The position numbers and the translations under genes were made by a program. Below, in pieces: positions 27,733 through 35,705 of a stretch of 50,888 bases of DNA. Positions within the stretch are counted from its first letter, which is position 1. Each line of letters starts with the position of its first letter. Source of the DNA: an uncultured Patescibacteria group bacterium (GTDB lineage Bacteria; Patescibacteriota; JACMRA01); NCBI GenBank assembly GCA_938017575.1, contig CALIJC010000004.1, forward strand, positions 1 through 50,888. The letters run 5' to 3'. Below the pieces are notes generated by a model, which saw only the letters and a program-made list of their open reading frames with translations, did no database searches and was not told where the DNA came from.

Positions 27733-28299
27733 ATGGCCTATATTCCAAGCAGCGGACATGATATTTTTAAAATTTGGACTAATAATAATTTAAATCAGTT
27801 TGATCAAGCCAAGCTAGGTTCAAGATCAGTTGTTCTGGAGAATCTAAATATTAAAAGAATAATAAATGATAGATTACTAACAACAAAGATTATTTCAGTC
27901 GAAGAAATGCTGACAGTAGCTGACATTGCTTTTATCAGATCACGATGTTTAAATGCATATTATTTATTTAGATTTTTGAAAGAGGTGTTTGAATCAGAAA
28001 GTCTTGCAGTTGATTCAGATTTTCCATTGAAAGAATATTATGAATCACTGGAGATTGCAGGGCAAGAGAAGCTAATAGCCAAACAATCTTTGTCGAGATC
28101 GGATATATCTTTGTTAGATGGTTTAGACCTTTTGGAAAGTGGTTATATCTTGATAAAAGGGGAATGGATTAACAGAGAGATTGTATCAAACCCTTTTTAT
28201 TTTGGAGATTCAATGAGATTGAATTTCAGTAGTATGGCTAACTTCAGTAGTAGAAATTTTGCTTCAGAGCCCGATCAAGGGACACCCTTTATAGACTAA
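27733..28299 (+). CDS. Unknown-family paralog 4
   Basis: ATG 27733 preceded by GGAGAG. Motifs CLNAYYLF and VSNPFYFG. Confidence 0.7.
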   Translation: MAYIPSSGHDIFKIWTNNNLNQFDQAKLGSRSVVLENLNIKRIINDRLLTTKIISVEEMLTVADIAFIRSRCLNAYYLFRFLKEVFESESLAVDSDFPLKEYYESLEIAGQEKLIAKQSLSRSDISLLDGLDLLESGYILIKGEWINREIVSNPFYFGDSMRLNFSSMANFSSRNFASEPDQGTPFID

Positions 28300-28363
28300 A
28301 GAGAGCTGTTTTGGAGTTGCATACTACATAGGGTGCAGTAATAAATACCAGCGTCTTATTTTT

Positions 28364-28392
28364 TTGACATAATATATTTCTTAAACTAAGTA
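28364..28392 (+). promoter_or_regulatory. Sigma70-like promoter placing the transcription start at or just before ATG 28401
   Basis: TTGACA-N17-TAAGTA, with only 8 nt between the -10 and ATG 28401. Confidence 0.4.
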
Positions 28393-28400
28393 TTTTTTAT

Positions 28401-28994
28401 ATGCATAGCATTCTACCAACTTTCAACTATTATAACAAATAGAATTCTCATAAACTATTTATTATTGTCCATGGGGGTAAAGCTGGTATTGATGACCCAT
28501 TTCTAAAAAAAATTTATTCCAAGATAAAAGATGGTGGGTTTAGTTATATTGCAATCCAGATGCCTTTCAAAGACAGAGGTGAAAACCAAACTAGGTCCCC
28601 TGAAACACTAGAAGAGATTCAAGTTGTTGAAAAAGTTATTTCTAGTTTGGATATTTCTAATTACAAGGTAATTAACTTTATTGGGAAATCTTTAGGTGGC
28701 TTAATACTCCAGCGATTTATTGAAAAATCTAAATTTAATACTAATAAACATCAACTTACAATACTGGGCTATTTGACTGAGTATGTTGATATTTCCAGCC
28801 TAAAAACTCAATTACATATTATTCAGGGAGAAAAAGACCGGTATGGAAAACTTGATGATTTAAACAAGTTAATTAGTGGTAACCCAAAGAAAGATATAGA
28901 ACTATCTGTTGTTGCAAAAGGCGACCATAGTTATCGAGATGAGAACAAAAACCCTCTTTATCAAGACAAGGCAGTTGAGCTAATTGAGATTTAG
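28401..28994 (+). pseudogene. Alpha/beta hydrolase (KANL3/Tex30-like, dienelactone-hydrolase-like) interrupted by an in-frame TAG at 28440..28442
   Basis: One frame reads MHSILPTFNYYNK-TAG-NSHKLFIIVHGGKAGIDDPFLKKIYSKIKDGGFSYIAIQ-MPFKD... The track ORF only starts at Met 28560, after the conserved HGG oxyanion strand. The catalytic triad candidates GKSLGG, QGEKD and GDHS lie downstream. Confidence 0.55.
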
Positions 28995-29009
28995 GTGAGT
29001 TAGAAATAT

Positions 29010-30443
29010 CTATTTTTTACCATCGATGTATTCGTTGGCGATAACCCAATCAGGTCGTTTTTCAATGGATAGCATATTACCAACTTCAGATTTACTAAAC
29101 CATTTGGCTTTTTGATTTTCCCAATTGGTCCTAGGGTTATCCAGGCCACTATATTTTATAAAGTTAATATAATTTTTAGCAGCTTTATACCTACAACCTT
29201 GAACCAGGAATCTAGCAAGAGATATTGACTGCGGCTCTAACTGACCAGTGATAGGTCTATAGAAAGTACTCATGTCTAGCGGGTCGAATTTTATTTCTTC
29301 GGCAACTTCACGAATTCCAGCTTTTTGTGGGGACTCGTTATTTTCGATACCACCTTGGACAAAGCTCCAGCCTAAATCTCCAGGGAGGACGTTACGTCTT
29401 TTTACTAACAAATATTTGTTTTGTTTGTTGGAGATAATATTCACAACTGTTTTGCGCTCCCCGGTTAATGATGAAAACTGTTCCACAGTTAACCACCACC
29501 ATAATGTAATAATGGAATCAATAATTCTTTTAGATCTAGAAGGGTTGGTAAATAATCTGTATAACCATTCTAAACCAATACTTTCCATCCATTTTGGAGT
29601 TCTGTTTTGTTGATTACCTCCGCCTAAATGATCTATTGCAGCTCCCAGACCTGTGGCTAGTTTGAAATTAATGTACGGATCTTTCTTTAGATATTCTAGG
29701 AAAAACTCTTGTTTACCACTAGCACCCCCTAAACAAACTAATATCAAATCCGGTTTGGTTTTTTTGATGTGGTTTCGAGCTTCCCACAAATCAGGGAAAA
29801 TCTGACAAATATTTTCAGAATTAATTGTACTTCCAACAAACTTTGGTAGAAATTGGTCTTTCATCAGCAGGGATTTGGAATCTCGGGTCCAAGAAATCAA
29901 TTTTAGATCAGGAAATAGTCTATGAATAATTTTAGTTGTAATCTCATCTCCAGTTTTACTTCCTCCAATTATCAATGTTTTCCACTTCTTTTTTTGAGCA
30001 ATGGTTAATAGGTCATAAACATAGTCTCTACCGAGGATAACTTTATTTTTGGTGGTTTTAGTAAAATTATATCTAAATATTATTGTAAAGAAACCTAGAA
30101 TCAAATTGCTAATTAGCTGAAATGGGAAAAGCCCGACAAACAAAGGGATTGTAATAATCCTAGGTAAATTGGCAGCGAAAGAAAAAACCCTAGGCAGAAC
30201 TGGGTTTCTCATGGTTGACCACATTGCATAGTGCAGTCCTTTACCATCGATAGCTGACAAATCTGCTGAATTCAACGATGACCTATAGAAAGGGTTACGG
30301 TTTGCTCTGAGCAGGAACTCACTGTAATGGAAAAATAAGAGATTTTTAGGATTCTTTCGCCTGTCTAATTTCTCAATTTCCTTACTTAGTGAGGCTTTGT
30401 TGGTTTGGGGTAATTTAACATTAAACAGTTTAGGCTGCTCCAT
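29010..30443 (-). CDS. Fusion protein: WecG/TagA/CpsF (GT26) glycosyltransferase with a hydrophobic insert plus a C-terminal Nudix hydrolase domain
   Basis: GT26 blocks AIDGKGLHYAMW, LIIGGSKTGDE, PDLILVCLGGASGKQEFF, GLGAAIDHLGG and GLEWLYRLFTNPSRSKR. The Nudix box is GGIENNESPQKAGIREVAEEIKF (Gx5Ex7REx2EE). ATG 30443 (MEQPKLF) is preferred to 30506. Confidence 0.8.
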   Translation of the reverse strand: MEQPKLFNVKLPQTNKASLSKEIEKLDRRKNPKNLLFFHYSEFLLRANRNPFYRSSLNSADLSAIDGKGLHYAMWSTMRNPVLPRVFSFAANLPRIITIPLFVGLFPFQLISNLILGFFTIIFRYNFTKTTKNKVILGRDYVYDLLTIAQKKKWKTLIIGGSKTGDEITTKIIHRLFPDLKLISWTRDSKSLLMKDQFLPKFVGSTINSENICQIFPDLWEARNHIKKTKPDLILVCLGGASGKQEFFLEYLKKDPYINFKLATGLGAAIDHLGGGNQQNRTPKWMESIGLEWLYRLFTNPSRSKRIIDSIITLWWWLTVEQFSSLTGERKTVVNIISNKQNKYLLVKRRNVLPGDLGWSFVQGGIENNESPQKAGIREVAEEIKFDPLDMSTFYRPITGQLEPQSISLARFLVQGCRYKAAKNYINFIKYSGLDNPRTNWENQKAKWFSKSEVGNMLSIEKRPDWVIANEYIDGKK

Positions 30444-30521
30444 ATACGCTAATATATACACTATTACTATATTTCTAGTCAAGTATATATAAAATTTAAA
30501 ATCCATTTTAATATAGTTTTA

Positions 30522-30552
30522 TTGACAAAATCGATTGTCTGAGTGATAAAAT
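30522..30552 (+). promoter_or_regulatory. Sigma70-like promoter for dnaN
   Basis: TTGACA, then a 19-nt spacer, then TG-A-TAAAAT (extended -10). The spacer is slightly long. Confidence 0.4.
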
Positions 30553-30572
30553 AAGGTAATTACAACGAAAAC

Positions 30573-31757
30573 ATGGTTTATATAAGTTTTGATCAAAAAG
30601 AATTGGCTAGTCTTTTAAATGTTTGCAATAGTGTTAGCCCAAAGAGAAGTGAGATAAATTTATTCACGATGACAAAAATCACAGTCACTAAAGATGGCCT
30701 CGGTAGGTTTATGTCGATAAACTCTTCTTTATTTTATGTCAAAGAATTAGCTTCTCAAAAAAGCGATATAAAAGAAGAAATCTCATTCCTAGTTGGAACC
30801 GATTTACTAACCTCAGCGGTTTCGTTGATTCGAGACGATATGGTTAGCTTGGAGATAGATTTAGAAAAAACTAGTATGTCAATTGTTGGTGCCAAATCTA
30901 AACATGTTCTGAGGATAAACACACAAAATATTGATGATTTTAGTGTTCCCTCTAGCTCCGATGAAGAAGTCGAAGTGGAGTTGGAGTTATATGGAGATAG
31001 TTTCTTGGAGGCAATTAAAGTCGGTTCAACAAGTGTTGGAAATCCGCGGGTTGTTAGTCAGCCAGAATTCCTTAGTATTTGTTTGCACTACGCCGGTGAG
31101 AAAGAAGGTTTATATGTAGCCTCGACTGACAGATTTAGAATGACTCAAACTATTTTAGATTTGGTTAGTTCAAAACAGAAAGAAGATTTGTTGAGTGAGG
31201 GAGAGCCAGTAAATTATTTATTAGAGCCAAAGAGTCTGAATCTATTATCGCAAATTGTGAATGAGGGGGAGAAACTAAATCTGAGGTTTGAAAAGAATTT
31301 TTTGTGGATTGATTTTGAAAATGGAAAAATGGCCTTTCGTTATCGTGACGGTAAATTCCCTGATTGGAGAAAGATCCTTCCCCAGAGCTTTAGCTGTAGT
31401 TTCAATTTGAATAGTAATGATTTACTGGACGCTTTAAAACAGGTTTATTTTTCTGCAAGAACTAATGCAATTAATAAAACAATTACAATTGAGGTTAACC
31501 CTGAATCAAGCCTAGTAACGTTTATTGCAAAATCTGAAGAAGATGGAGCTAGTAGTGAAAGTAGTATCGAGTTAAACCAGTATGAAGGTGTTAGTGAGAA
31601 ATGGTCCCAGTCATTTAATGCAGATTATTTGTTAGATTATATTTCTGTGTTAAAAACTGAGAATGTTACTTGGGAAGCAAATCCTGGCAAACCTTCGGTA
31701 CTTTCTCCAATGGGTGGAAAAGATAAACAACTTTGTTTGGTAAGTGGACTGCGATAA
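30573..31757 (+). CDS. dnaN: DNA polymerase III beta subunit (sliding clamp)
   Basis: The N-terminal FDQKELASLLNVCNSVSPKRSEINLF, STDRFRMTQ, GKFPDWRKILPQ, FNADYLLDYISVL and C-terminal KPSVLSP ... CLVSGLR follow the canonical DnaN blocks. Confidence 0.88.
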   Translation: MVYISFDQKELASLLNVCNSVSPKRSEINLFTMTKITVTKDGLGRFMSINSSLFYVKELASQKSDIKEEISFLVGTDLLTSAVSLIRDDMVSLEIDLEKTSMSIVGAKSKHVLRINTQNIDDFSVPSSSDEEVEVELELYGDSFLEAIKVGSTSVGNPRVVSQPEFLSICLHYAGEKEGLYVASTDRFRMTQTILDLVSSKQKEDLLSEGEPVNYLLEPKSLNLLSQIVNEGEKLNLRFEKNFLWIDFENGKMAFRYRDGKFPDWRKILPQSFSCSFNLNSNDLLDALKQVYFSARTNAINKTITIEVNPESSLVTFIAKSEEDGASSESSIELNQYEGVSEKWSQSFNADYLLDYISVLKTENVTWEANPGKPSVLSPMGGKDKQLCLVSGLR

Positions 31758-31780
31758 TTAGACTATAAATTTAGTATTAT

Positions 31781-31809
31781 TTGACAAGACAAATTGTTTT
31801 GTTTTGAAT
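31781..31809 (+). promoter_or_regulatory. Possible promoter for the tRNA
   Basis: TTGACA-N17-TTGAAT about 22 nt upstream of the tRNA 5-prime end. Confidence 0.35.
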
Positions 31810-31831
31810 ACTTTTTGTGCAATAAATTTGT

Positions 31832-31902
31832 GGATGTATAGCTCAATGGTAGAGCTGCGGTTTAATACTCCGTGAGTGGGGGTTCGAATCCTTCTACATC
31901 CG
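31832..31902 (+). tRNA. 71-nt tRNA with an atypical anticodon arm; the canonical 7-nt loop reading gives anticodon AAU (nominally Ile), so identity is uncertain
   Basis: Acceptor GGATGTA / TACATCC, D arm GCTC-AATGGTA-GAGC, T arm GGGGG-TTCGAAT-CCTTC, 4-nt variable loop, discriminator G, no encoded CCA. The anticodon arm is GCGGT-TTAATAC-TCCGT, with G-U at its outer end and a U-U mismatch closing the loop. Confidence 0.75.
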
Positions 31903-31905
31903 CTT

Positions 31906-31936
31906 CCGTCTGGTTTAACTAGGCGGATTTTATTTT
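31906..31936 (+). terminator. Rho-independent terminator after the tRNA
   Basis: Stem CCGTCTGG / CTAGGCGG (two G-U pairs), loop TTTAA, then ATTTTATTTT. Confidence 0.6.
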
Positions 31937-32255
31937 ATTGAGCTATATTTGGTCCGCCGCCGCTGTTACTTCTAGGGATAACATTTTGGTTTTGGGTAGC
32001 TTGATTAGTTTGAGACCCTTCTATAACACCTCTTTGAAATAAATTAATTTGTCCTAGAAAAACGAAAAATGAAAAGATAATTACTGATAGTCCGATTAAT
32101 TTGTAAGCCGAGGTTCCCATTCCAGGGCCGAACTTTCTTTCAATATATTTCAAAAAAAGTATATGATGATTAAAATAATAAGCCTCTTTGATCAAAAAGA
32201 AACCACAAACCATTCCAATAAGTCCTATTAGAGTGTTAAAAGAGAAAAAGCCCAT
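31935..32255 (-). CDS. Small membrane protein, 106 aa, two TM segments
   Basis: Hydrophobic segments LIGLIGMVCGFFLI and LIGLSVIIFSFFVFLGQI, with a Q/N/G-rich C-terminal tail. Confidence 0.55.
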   Translation of the reverse strand: MGFFSFNTLIGLIGMVCGFFLIKEAYYFNHHILFLKYIERKFGPGMGTSAYKLIGLSVIIFSFFVFLGQINLFQRGVIEGSQTNQATQNQNVIPRSNSGGGPNIAQ

Positions 32256-32384
32256 ATAATCAAAGTATCAATTAATTGAGTAGATATGTCAAAATAAGCC
32301 ATATGAATGAAATTTAAATTCTAGGTATTCTGGTTGACGTTTTATTGTTTATAGAGTTTATTTATTATTAATTAAATATAATAT

Positions 32385-33821
32385 ATGGATGTGTTAATGC
32401 AAATTATAGGTATTCTTTTTTGGTTCGTAGTAATATTAATACCATTGGTGGTTATCCACGAGTTTGGTCATTTATTGATGTCTAGATTGGTTGGTGTCAG
32501 GGTGGTTGAATTTGGTGTGGGTATTCCGCCGAGAGTGTGGTATAAAAAATGGAAAGGAATTATTTGGTCTATTAACGCAATATGGCTAGGTGGTTTTGCA
32601 AAGATTTATGGAGACCATGATGCGATTGATAATGCTCATGATTTAAACGAGGTAAATCCAAAAGAGGCTAAAGAGAAATATATTACCGATAGACTTTTAG
32701 AATTAGTAGAAGGTAAAGAGTTGGAGTTCTTTTTAGAAGATAATAACATGAGCTATGATTCTAATTGGCAAGGACTAGAAAAATCTGGAGTTTTATCAGG
32801 TGAGGTTGCGGTTGAGGATTTGCCAAAGAGTGACCAAAAAGAATATGAGTCTCTATATAATCAATTAGTTACTTTGATAGAGTGGGAGATGGATTCCAAG
32901 ATTAACTCAGGAGAGGTTTTTTATAATAAGAATATTTTTCAAAAGACTTTGATTATCCTGGGTGGAATTATATTTAATTTAGCGGCTGCGTTTTTGATAT
33001 TTTTTGTTTTAATTGGTTTTGTATCGACCCCAACTCAGCCGATTCTATTTGATGATTTGAATGAGATTGATGACAGAGTATTGATTGACTCTCGGTCCGA
33101 GAATATTGTTTTACTTAGTGTTTTAGAAGATTCTAGTGCTTACGATGCTGGGATTAGAGCAGGGGACTCCCTGGTTAGTTTTAGTGGGATTGAATTGAAC
33201 GAGCTTCAGAGTTTTGATAAATTCAAAGAATTAGTAGAGTTAAATGCTGGTGAAACTGTGCCAGTTTCATATATAAAAAAGGACTCTGGAGAAGTAGTTA
33301 ATACTGATATTGATTTGAAATTAAATGATGAAGGTAAGGCTGTTTTTGGTGTAGATTCTCGAGGGTTTGGTTATTTGGTTAGCCTAAAAGGCAAAAACAT
33401 CGGCTCTTCAATTGGTCTAGCAGCTAAACAAACCTGGACAGTGTTTCGGTTGAACTTTGAAATATTAGGTGAAATAGTAAAGGCACCATTTTCTGAAGAT
33501 AAAAGCGCTCTTGGAGCTGTTGGTGGACCAGTTGCTGTTGGTAGTGTAGGTAATCAAATCTATAGTCTCCAGGGTGCTAGTGGGATATTAAATGTTATGG
33601 GAATGGTTTCAGTTTCACTGGCGGCATTTAATTTATTGCCTTTACCAGCTTTAGATGGGGGTAGGTTACTGATAATTTACCTAAACCGACTGACCGGTCG
33701 ACGAAATAAAAAACTTGAAGCTTCTCTAATTGGTATCACCTTTGTATTGTTATTGGGACTTGGGGTAGTAATCTTGTTCAAAGACGTTATTGGAGTCGTC
33801 CAAGGCAAAGGTTTGTTCTAG
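32385..33821 (+). CDS. rseP: RIP metalloprotease RseP (site-2 protease, M50 family) with a PDZ domain
   Basis: HEFGHLLMSRLVGV (HExxH) in TM1, a central PDZ-like region (GIRAGDSLVSFSG), and C-terminal NLLPLPALDGGRL. Confidence 0.9.
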   Translation: MDVLMQIIGILFWFVVILIPLVVIHEFGHLLMSRLVGVRVVEFGVGIPPRVWYKKWKGIIWSINAIWLGGFAKIYGDHDAIDNAHDLNEVNPKEAKEKYITDRLLELVEGKELEFFLEDNNMSYDSNWQGLEKSGVLSGEVAVEDLPKSDQKEYESLYNQLVTLIEWEMDSKINSGEVFYNKNIFQKTLIILGGIIFNLAAAFLIFFVLIGFVSTPTQPILFDDLNEIDDRVLIDSRSENIVLLSVLEDSSAYDAGIRAGDSLVSFSGIELNELQSFDKFKELVELNAGETVPVSYIKKDSGEVVNTDIDLKLNDEGKAVFGVDSRGFGYLVSLKGKNIGSSIGLAAKQTWTVFRLNFEILGEIVKAPFSEDKSALGAVGGPVAVGSVGNQIYSLQGASGILNVMGMVSVSLAAFNLLPLPALDGGRLLIIYLNRLTGRRNKKLEASLIGITFVLLLGLGVVILFKDVIGVVQGKGLF

Positions 33822-33899
33822 TTGAAGTCTGTTAGATCTTATTGACAACTTTTAGATTTTATAGAAAGACTTAAACACTGGTTTATATATTCGTTATAG

Positions 33900-34346
33900 A
33901 TGATGAATCAATTAGATTTACCAGATAGGGATTTTAAAGCCTATACATGCTTTTGTTTTAAAGGTTATAAGCCTGTTGATTTACACTGCACTCATTCGTA
34001 CTTTAATTTTACTAATCAAGAGGAGGTGGAGCAATCTGTTCAAATCATTAAGAAATATTTTTCTAAGAATAAGTTTATTAAAAAAGAATGGGTGTTTGAT
34101 GTTCCAGATTTTTTTGGTACAAAAAATAATATTCCGGTACTTAGAATGAATAATGAACTATGTAACCAAGAGTTGTTCTTGGATTTGAGGTCTAGCCTAC
34201 CAAATAGGCATGGTTTCTTAAAGTATAATCCTCATATCACAACTAATCTAGAATATTTCAAAGGGGTGGTTGATAGGTATTCGATCGTCATTAAAAATGA
34301 TCAGCTTAGGGAAGAGGTGTATACTATATTTGCTCATGGGAATTGA
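33900..34346 (+). CDS. Possible 2H phosphoesterase superfamily protein (LigT-like)
   Basis: Two H-x-T-x motifs 83 residues apart (DLHCTHSYF at His29, NPHITTNL at His112), similar to the LigT spacing as recalled. Otherwise unrecognised. Confidence 0.4.
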   Translation: MMNQLDLPDRDFKAYTCFCFKGYKPVDLHCTHSYFNFTNQEEVEQSVQIIKKYFSKNKFIKKEWVFDVPDFFGTKNNIPVLRMNNELCNQELFLDLRSSLPNRHGFLKYNPHITTNLEYFKGVVDRYSIVIKNDQLREEVYTIFAHGN

Positions 34347-34375
34347 ACCATGGTTTACAAAATGTGGAGACAGTA

Positions 34376-34407
34376 AAACCGTTGGTTTATATAGGCGGTT
34401 TTTTTTC
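34376..34407 (+). terminator. Rho-independent terminator
   Basis: Stem AAACCG / CGGTTT, 14-nt loop, T8 run. Confidence 0.55.
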
Positions 34408-34426
34408 GATGAATAATAAAATAACG

Positions 34427-34450
34427 TTATACGAAGCCAATAGATTTTTA
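34427..34450 (+). repeat. 24-mer motif copy A (TTATACGAAGCCAATAGATTTTTA)
   Basis: 23/24 identical to the reverse complement of the tetR-flanking repeats. Lies 81-104 nt upstream of ATG 34531 and 21 nt upstream of a TTGACA box. Confidence 0.7.
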
Positions 34451-34530
34451 GGTAAAACTAATCTGCCTAAATTGACATTTGTTGAATTATGTGCGATGGT
34501 TTGCAATGTAGCTCATGGAAAAGGCAAAAA

Positions 34531-35259
34531 ATGACGGCACTTGTAGTCAATAAATTAACAGAAAACAGACTGTTCGTTAATTGGTGGGGGAGCCTGAAAT
34601 CTCTTCTTTCTAGTAGCGATTTAGTCCTATGTACACATGTTCTTATCGTTTGTGTAAATATTGATAACTCTAAAGAGGATAGATTCTTTTTTAAATTATC
34701 TAATAAAAAAGCAGTGGTAAAGGTTAGTCACCCTGGCAGATACCGTATTGGTGTGATTCCGTTTTGGTTAGACAAACCAATGATAGGTTCTCTATATAGA
34801 TCCGAAATCTACGGAGACCTTAAATCAAAGAGAGAATACGAATTTTGGATAGGCCTCAATGGTTTGAAATCACTAGGTAGTAGGATTCATTTAAAAAACT
34901 ATGAGAAAGAAGGTCTGCTAATGAAAAATGAGGAAACAATTCATTTAATTAGCTCTAACCCTGCTGTTTTTAGTAAAGCTGATTTTAACTTTACAGAGTT
35001 GATGCTTTATAAACTTGTGGCCGGCTTAGTAAATAAATATAAACTACTACCCAGACCATATTCTATTACAAGCTGTAATTATATTGATTTACTACCTTTC
35101 TTTTTGTTGGCGCTATTTTGGGATGGGATAATATCCCTAATCAATATTGCTTTACAACCAGTCACTTACTTACTTGGTTTGATTATATGTTTTGTGTTCT
35201 GTTTATTTGAATTTATATTCTACCTTTGTAATAGAACAGCTTCATCACAAAACAATTGA
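34531..35259 (+). CDS. Hypothetical membrane protein, about 242 aa, C-terminal TM segments
   Basis: ATG 34531 preceded by GGAAAAGG. The track start 34489 is less likely. The C-terminal LLPFFLLALFWDGIISLINIAL and LLGLIICFVFCLFEFIFYL are hydrophobic. Confidence 0.55.
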   Translation: MTALVVNKLTENRLFVNWWGSLKSLLSSSDLVLCTHVLIVCVNIDNSKEDRFFFKLSNKKAVVKVSHPGRYRIGVIPFWLDKPMIGSLYRSEIYGDLKSKREYEFWIGLNGLKSLGSRIHLKNYEKEGLLMKNEETIHLISSNPAVFSKADFNFTELMLYKLVAGLVNKYKLLPRPYSITSCNYIDLLPFFLLALFWDGIISLINIALQPVTYLLGLIICFVFCLFEFIFYLCNRTASSQNN

Positions 35260-35339
35260 GTCTGCTAATTTTTAGCCTATTAGAGGCTGTAGCATTTGCC
35301 ACTTTAAAACATGGCAATATTTTTTAGGGTAGTTAGCTA

Positions 35340-35361
35340 TTATACGAAATTAATATTTTTG
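35340..35361 (+). repeat. 24-mer motif copy B (degenerate: TTATACGAAATTAATATTTTTG)
   Basis: About 20/24 with one gap. Embedded in a duplicate of the typA-proximal sequence. Confidence 0.5.
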
Positions 35362-35604
35362 CATAAAACCGTTGAATTATAGTAAATTTTGAATATGTTT
35401 TTCTTCCTCGCACACTATATTCAAACACGAGAGGGCTAGAGCAGGGTTAGTTGATTATAATTGACGCAAAACCTCTTTATATTTGATTTATTAATCTTGT
35501 AGCTATGTCATAGACAAGCTTTATCAATACTATTTTTAGGTGGGTGATTTTTTATTATAAATCATTTTAAATGAGACAGTTTTCTTCAGAAACAATAATA
35601 TATG

Positions 35605-35628
35605 TTATACGAAGTTAATAAATTTTTA
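35605..35628 (+). repeat. 24-mer motif copy C (TTATACGAAGTTAATAAATTTTTA)
   Basis: 22/24 to the consensus. Lies 78-101 nt upstream of the typA ATG and 17 nt upstream of TTGACA 35646..35651. Confidence 0.65.
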
Positions 35629-35705
35629 AAAAAATATCTTATAAGTTGACAAAACAGGGTAGTTAGGCAACTATTATTTAGCATATAACCGAATAAAAAT
35701 ATATA

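Noticed and set aside
30444-30572. Replication origin next to dnaN
   Set aside because: No dnaA gene is upstream and no cluster of DnaA-box-like 9-mers is present. Only isolated partial matches occur, for example TTATCCACG inside rseP at about 32450.
34343-34534. 63-aa ORF from the track, or its 41-aa version starting at ATG 34409
   Set aside because: Its first third overlaps the terminator of the preceding gene, and ATG 34409 directly follows the T-run with no SD. The region carries 24-mer copy A and a TTGACA box, so it is more likely the promoter and leader of 34531..35259. It is not fully excluded as a small HTH-like peptide.
35601-35620. Resemblance of TTATACGAAGTTA (and ACTTCGTATA in the tetR-flanking repeats) to the 13-nt arm of loxP
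   Set aside because: These are single arms without the inverted partner at 8-nt spacing, and no Cre-like recombinase is present. I treat this as coincidence. Only the 13-6-13 palindrome at 42511 has true recombination-site architecture.
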